11,796 nucleotides of DNA from Sulfurimonadaceae bacterium (GTDB lineage Bacteria > Campylobacterota > Campylobacteria > Campylobacterales > Sulfurimonadaceae), in assembly GCA_041562555.1 (NCBI GenBank), contig JBFEXS010000069.1:1-11796 (forward strand), given 5' to 3'. The notes beneath the pieces were generated by a model. That model was not told where the DNA came from, searched no databases, and saw nothing but the letters and a program-made list of their open reading frames with translations. The translations under genes and the position numbers were made by a program. Every line of letters starts with the position of its first letter. Position 1 is the first letter of the stretch. Shown one piece after another: positions 7,540-11,796 of the stretch.

Positions 7540-9660
7540 CTACATCTCCACAATGTCATTTATTATCATACTCGGTCTGAACAAAGTGATATCTCCATTC
7601 TGCATAGCAGACAGATGTAATACACCACCACGCTTACCTTCATACTTTTCCAGGAAGTTTTCCACATGCTCATCCAGACCAAACAGGCGGATATACTTTT
7701 CCAGTCCTCGTGCTATCAACACCTCTGACTTACCGGTACGCAGGGCTATGCCAAGCTGAGACATATATGCCTGCTGCATGACAATAGCCACAGACACATA
7801 TTTTGATTTGATCTCAAAAAAGTCTTTCAAACTCGAGACTACTCCCGACACATCTCCCCTTGAAGCAAACTTCTCGGCCAAAAGCAGATGCGCATACCAA
7901 TTCCCCTCTATCTCTTTGGCTTCTTTTCGCTCCATTAGATAGGGGTTCTTCCCAATCATTTCATACATCTTTGGCACATCATTAAGATGAAAGGCATCAC
8001 TGAAGTCTTGATACACTTTTGAACGTTCCATCATCTCCAGTACATCATCTTTGAAATCAGGAAAGAGCAAAAGTTCAGATGCATATTTCACACAATCAGC
8101 ATAATCCTCGTTTTCCAGGGACTGATGCGCTTTGATATACAGATTGTCCGCATAGGCAATCAGATCATCATATTCATCAAACTCCTTGATAAAGGGACAT
8201 CTTTCAAGCAGTGTGAAGAGAGCCTGGTAATCCTTTTGTGCCAGTTTCTTTTGAAATAGCATATACGCGGTACGCTGCTGAAACAATTCCTGTATCAAAA
8301 TAGATTTTTCAGATATCCCCTTGAAGGATGAAAGCAGTTTCCTGACCCTTTCGTCCCCATCCTTTTTAAGTAAGATGGTTTTAGCTTTGTTAAACTGTAT
8401 GTGCCACTCGTTTTCCATAAATCGATAAGCATCGCTCTTTTTGAAATGGGGGTGTCTGTTCGCCAGGGGATATGCCAGGGAGTATTTTTTCTCGTTCACA
8501 CAACGCACAAAGGTCTCATACTCACGATAATCCTTGAACAGCTCTTGAATAAGAGCTCCCTTTGATCGTACCTTTTCAAAGGGAGCAATGGTGTTCCTCG
8601 CATTCTCTTTTTGACCCATCTCTAAGAGTTTCGTCGCTTTTTTAAGGGTTGATTCCCACACCTGCTCAAGCTTGTTATAGACATAGGAATAGCGTAAAAG
8701 CGGATTCTCTTCTACTAAATCATACAAGACATCATACGCCTTAACTTTAAGCTGCTGTACTAGATAATGCTCTTTGGGGACTAGGGAGTAAAAGTTCAAA
8801 CGCCCGCTTTTGGTGCCGACCACCAATTGATTCTTTTGCTTAAGCACCGTCAGTGCGGTCACTTTTGTCGACTCTTTGACAAAGGAGCGTTTAAGACACT
8901 CCCCACTTTGAATATCATACAGCACTACATTCCCCAACTTGGTTCCCACAAAAAGAAACCTCTCGTCAGCACTGACACAAAAACAGTTCACGTCATCATT
9001 GATCTTTTTAAAACGCGTGATCGCCTTTGACGTACGAAGATCCCATAAAATGACATTTCCCGTCTTGTCCGCAGAGAGCATCTTCATCCCTTTAAGGAGT
9101 TTCATCTGTATGATCACACTCTGATGGCCGCTTAAGCGGATCGGTGTCTGCATCGTCGTAAGGTTAAGCACGGAAATATTTCGGTCATAGGAAGCAGATG
9201 CGATCCAGATACTGTTGATCTCCAAGGCCGTTATGTAATCTGCATGGGGAGGAAAGGAGTATACCAGTTTTGCCGTTTCCAGATTCCAGACATAGGTCTT
9301 CCCGTCCGTACCGCCGGTGACAAAATAGTGATTATCATCGTCCACACAGACAGATTCCAAATCACCCTTATGACGTGAAGTCGTATACAGAAGCTTTCTG
9401 TTGTGTATATCATAGAGTGCTGCTTTATTGCTCTTTGGGATAACACAGGCGGCATACTTTCCCGACGCCGAGACAGACATGTGATTTCCCCAGGAACGTT
9501 CCTGCTCTATCTTGGTCTTAAACCCGTCAATCGTCTTGTAGTTTTGCGCATCAATGTAACGCAGAGTACCCATCTTGTCCATGAGGATCAGATTGCCGTC
9601 ATGAAGTGCCTTGAGCGTAACAACAGGTGATTTGATCTCTACACTTTTATCGGCGATCAT
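7540..9660 (-). CDS. WD40 repeat protein: N-terminal 7-blade beta-propeller plus C-terminal helical repeats (706 aa)
   Basis: WD-type blades such as HKGDLESV..TGGTDGKTYVWN, HADYIT..SASYDRNISVLN and GHQSVI..SADKTGNVILWD. Residues ~304-640 form four ~84-aa helical repeats. Confidence 0.9.
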   Translation of the reverse strand: MIADKSVEIKSPVVTLKALHDGNLILMDKMGTLRYIDAQNYKTIDGFKTKIEQERSWGNHMSVSASGKYAACVIPKSNKAALYDIHNRKLLYTTSRHKGDLESVCVDDDNHYFVTGGTDGKTYVWNLETAKLVYSFPPHADYITALEINSIWIASASYDRNISVLNLTTMQTPIRLSGHQSVIIQMKLLKGMKMLSADKTGNVILWDLRTSKAITRFKKINDDVNCFCVSADERFLFVGTKLGNVVLYDIQSGECLKRSFVKESTKVTALTVLKQKNQLVVGTKSGRLNFYSLVPKEHYLVQQLKVKAYDVLYDLVEENPLLRYSYVYNKLEQVWESTLKKATKLLEMGQKENARNTIAPFEKVRSKGALIQELFKDYREYETFVRCVNEKKYSLAYPLANRHPHFKKSDAYRFMENEWHIQFNKAKTILLKKDGDERVRKLLSSFKGISEKSILIQELFQQRTAYMLFQKKLAQKDYQALFTLLERCPFIKEFDEYDDLIAYADNLYIKAHQSLENEDYADCVKYASELLLFPDFKDDVLEMMERSKVYQDFSDAFHLNDVPKMYEMIGKNPYLMERKEAKEIEGNWYAHLLLAEKFASRGDVSGVVSSLKDFFEIKSKYVSVAIVMQQAYMSQLGIALRTGKSEVLIARGLEKYIRLFGLDEHVENFLEKYEGKRGGVLHLSAMQNGDITLFRPSMIINDIVEM

Positions 9661-9666
9661 CTGGTA

Positions 9667-10878
9667 TTATTTCATCTCGCTACTTAAATATCCGTGTTCT
9701 TGCAATACATGCCTGATCTCTTCTTGGTGTGCTTTACCTTTGGTCTCGAGATGGATAGTGACATGAGCATCCCCGTAATCAAGTGTCGTAGATGTTCTGT
9801 CATAAGCGATATGTACAATATTTGCATACAGCTCTTTGAGCAATTCTGTCAATTTCATCAACGAACCTGGTTTATCCACCAGGGTAACCGTCAGCTTCAT
9901 TTTGCGATGCGACTTGAGCAGACCTTTTTCGATGATAACTGAAAGCATCGTTACATCGATATTCCCACCGCTGAGGATGACACCTATCTTTTTACCGGCG
10001 AAGGCTTCCAGCTTACCATGCAGCAGTGCCGCTACACCGACGGCACCGGCACCTTCAACCACAAGTTTCTGTTTCTCCAGCAGATAGAGGATCGCATTCG
10101 CGATCTCTTCATCATCAACGGAGATGACCTCATCAACACTTTGCAGCATATACTCGAGAGTGATTTCCGAAGTGTCCCTGACCGCAATACCATCGGCGAT
10201 AGTCCGGACCGAACTTGTATGGACGGCACGCTTCTGTTCAAAAGAGTTCTTCAAAGCCGGTGCACCTTTGGCACTTACACCGATAATCTTCACCTTAGGA
10301 TTGATCTGCTTCGCGGCAGAAGCCACACCCGAGATCAGGCCACCCCCACCTACAGGAACCACAATAAGGTCCAGATCAGGCTCTGCTTCAAGCATCTCTA
10401 TAGCTATACTTCCCTGTCCTGCGATGACCTCATCATCCTCAAAAGGGTGTATGAAAACCAGACTGTTCTTTTGGGCATATTCCGTCGCATAGGCATAAGC
10501 CTCATCATAATTGCTTCCGGCCAGTACAACTTCTGCACCCAAAGCACTCACTCCGTTGATCTTTGTGATCGGTGTAGATTCAGGCATCACGATAACGGAT
10601 TGGATATCAAAATGCTTTGCAGCAAAAGCGACCCCCTGGGCATGGTTTCCCGCACTCGCCGCAATCACACCCTTTTGTTGCTGCTCCTGTGAGAGTGAAG
10701 CCACCTTATTAAAGGCTCCACGCAGCTTAAAGGCTCCTGTGATCTGTAGGTTCTCTTTTTTGATGAACACCTGTGCTTCAGCTATTTCACTAAGTTGTGG
10801 TGCAAAGGCAAATGGCGTATTCACCGCGACGTTCTTTATCCGTTCAGCGGCTTTTTTGATCAGTTCTAACTCTAACAA
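9667..10878 (-). CDS. ilvA: Threonine ammonia-lyase (threonine dehydratase) with one C-terminal ACT domain
   Basis: Motifs KKENLQITGAFKLRGA (PLP Lys), SAGNHAQG, PVGGGGL and SGGNID, with ACT-domain DKPGSL. TTG start with AAGGA SD. Confidence 0.95.
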   Translation of the reverse strand: MLELELIKKAAERIKNVAVNTPFAFAPQLSEIAEAQVFIKKENLQITGAFKLRGAFNKVASLSQEQQQKGVIAASAGNHAQGVAFAAKHFDIQSVIVMPESTPITKINGVSALGAEVVLAGSNYDEAYAYATEYAQKNSLVFIHPFEDDEVIAGQGSIAIEMLEAEPDLDLIVVPVGGGGLISGVASAAKQINPKVKIIGVSAKGAPALKNSFEQKRAVHTSSVRTIADGIAVRDTSEITLEYMLQSVDEVISVDDEEIANAILYLLEKQKLVVEGAGAVGVAALLHGKLEAFAGKKIGVILSGGNIDVTMLSVIIEKGLLKSHRKMKLTVTLVDKPGSLMKLTELLKELYANIVHIAYDRTSTTLDYGDAHVTIHLETKGKAHQEEIRHVLQEHGYLSSEMK

Positions 10879-10886
10879 TTCAATCC

Positions 10887-11312
10887 TTATATTCCTGCAT
10901 GCTCAACCATGGTACATTTATTCTGAACGACCTTTATTCCTGCGTCTTCTACAATGCGGGCTGCTTCATTATTGACAATTCCCTGCTGTGCCCAAAAACA
11001 CTTCACATCTCCCCGGGCCAATACGGCTTCAGCTATTAACACCAATGCCTTGGGTTTACGAAAGACATCTACCATATCGATTTCAAAAGGGATCTCAGCC
11101 AATGAACGGTACACCTTCTCCCCCAGGATCTCATCCTCTTTCGGATAGATCGGGACAATCCTGAACCCCTGCCCTTTAAGGTACTTTGCCACCCGGTAAC
11201 TCGCCTTGGAAGGATCAGGGGAAAGTCCCAGAATCGCTATGGTCTTCGTTTTTGAAAAGATCTCTTTGATCTCATCATCTGTACTGTTCACCGTAGGAAA
11301 TTCACACTCCAT
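10887..11312 (-). CDS. CoA-binding protein (YccU-like)
   Basis: TIAILGLS, ASYRVAKYL, GEKVYRSLAEIP, IDMVDVFR, WAQQGI and VVQNKC fit the CoA_binding_2 family. AAGGAG SD. Confidence 0.92.
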   Translation of the reverse strand: MECEFPTVNSTDDEIKEIFSKTKTIAILGLSPDPSKASYRVAKYLKGQGFRIVPIYPKEDEILGEKVYRSLAEIPFEIDMVDVFRKPKALVLIAEAVLARGDVKCFWAQQGIVNNEAARIVEDAGIKVVQNKCTMVEHAGI

Positions 11313-11366
11313 ATGGACTCCTTAAAGACATTCAAACACTTGACCTGCCTTTTTGATAATTTTGGG

Positions 11367-11375
11367 ATTATATCA
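11367..11375 (-). promoter_or_regulatory. Putative extended -10 (TGaTATAAT) for the CoA-binding/ilvA/WD40/ppx operon
   Basis: Exact TGnTATAAT on the minus strand, about 55 nt upstream of ATG 11312. Confidence 0.7.
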
Positions 11376-11448
11376 GACTAAAACAAAGTTACGGATAAAC
11401 ACCCGAGATATCTGTTTGAAATCGATTCAAGTGAATAAGAAAATATTA

Positions 11449-11457
11449 TGATAGAAT
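11449..11457 (+). promoter_or_regulatory. Putative extended -10 (TGaTAGAAT) for the divergent ORF
   Basis: One mismatch to TGnTATAAT, 31 nt upstream of ATG 11489. Confidence 0.55.
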
Positions 11458-11488
11458 AGAACCAGAAAAGTAAAAACTGGAAACATTT

Positions 11489-11796
11489 ATGAATACCTCT
11501 GAGATTGAAAAATTAAAAGCAGAAAACAAGGCATTGCGTAAAGAACTCAATGCCTGTAATGCTTATGTCGACCGTCTTAACATGACTCTGGATGAACAAT
11601 ATGAATGGGTGTGGGAAGTCGATGCAATTACTCAAAATGAGGATTACTTTCATGACAATGCGGGGCAATTGTTCGATTTTGTCAATGCGTTTATGAATGA
11701 CCTGATATTTTGGAAGACCAAGATCTTTTATGAAGGTGCACCAAGTGTCGGTTTTCTCAACGATTCAATTACGACCAATGCCAATATGCTCAATGC
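11489..11796 (+). CDS. 3'-truncated ORF: N-terminal coiled coil followed by a probable PAS domain (signal transduction protein)
   Basis: Absent from the ORF track. I translated 102 open codons: MNTSEIEKLKAENKALRKELNACNAYVDRLNMTLDEQYEWVWEVDAITQNEDYFHDNAGQLFDF...FWKTKIF. GGA SD-like sequence and a promoter lie upstream. Confidence 0.75.
   Translation, partial: MNTSEIEKLKAENKALRKELNACNAYVDRLNMTLDEQYEWVWEVDAITQNEDYFHDNAGQLFDFVNAFMNDLIFWKTKIFYEGAPSVGFLNDSITTNANMLN

Noticed and set aside
3580..9630. Numerous short + strand and alternate-frame ORFs over lpxD, ilvN, ilvB, ppx and the WD40 gene
   Set aside because: All overlap strongly supported minus-strand genes and have no independent evidence.
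7540..9660. WD40 gene as an anti-phage (STAND/Avs-type) defence system
   Set aside because: No P-loop NTPase, TIR, nuclease or other effector motif was seen, and the context is a housekeeping operon rather than a defence island.
9694..11148. Long antisense ORFs opposite ilvA and the CoA-binding gene (e.g. 10018..10692, 224 aa)
   Set aside because: Antisense shadows with no protein-family motifs or expression signals.

Overview
Gene-dense chromosomal housekeeping region. Gene content, gene order and TGnTATAAT extended -10 promoters suggest a free-living Campylobacterota (Sulfurimonas/Sulfuricurvum-like); this is an inference. The + strand carries the 3' end of speA, then cysE, a class I aspartate aminotransferase and a 101-aa orphan. 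A long co-directional - strand run follows, in reading order: CoA-binding protein, ilvA, a 706-aa WD40 protein, Ppx/GppA phosphatase, acetolactate synthase large and small subunits, lpxD and a 68-aa hypothetical, ending in an intrinsic terminator. A divergent, truncated coiled-coil/PAS-like ORF starts at the right edge. The most unusual element is the WD40 protein: seven propeller blades followed by four tandem ~84-aa helical repeats, tightly coupled between ilvA and ppx. No rRNA, tRNA, CRISPR array or mobile element was seen.
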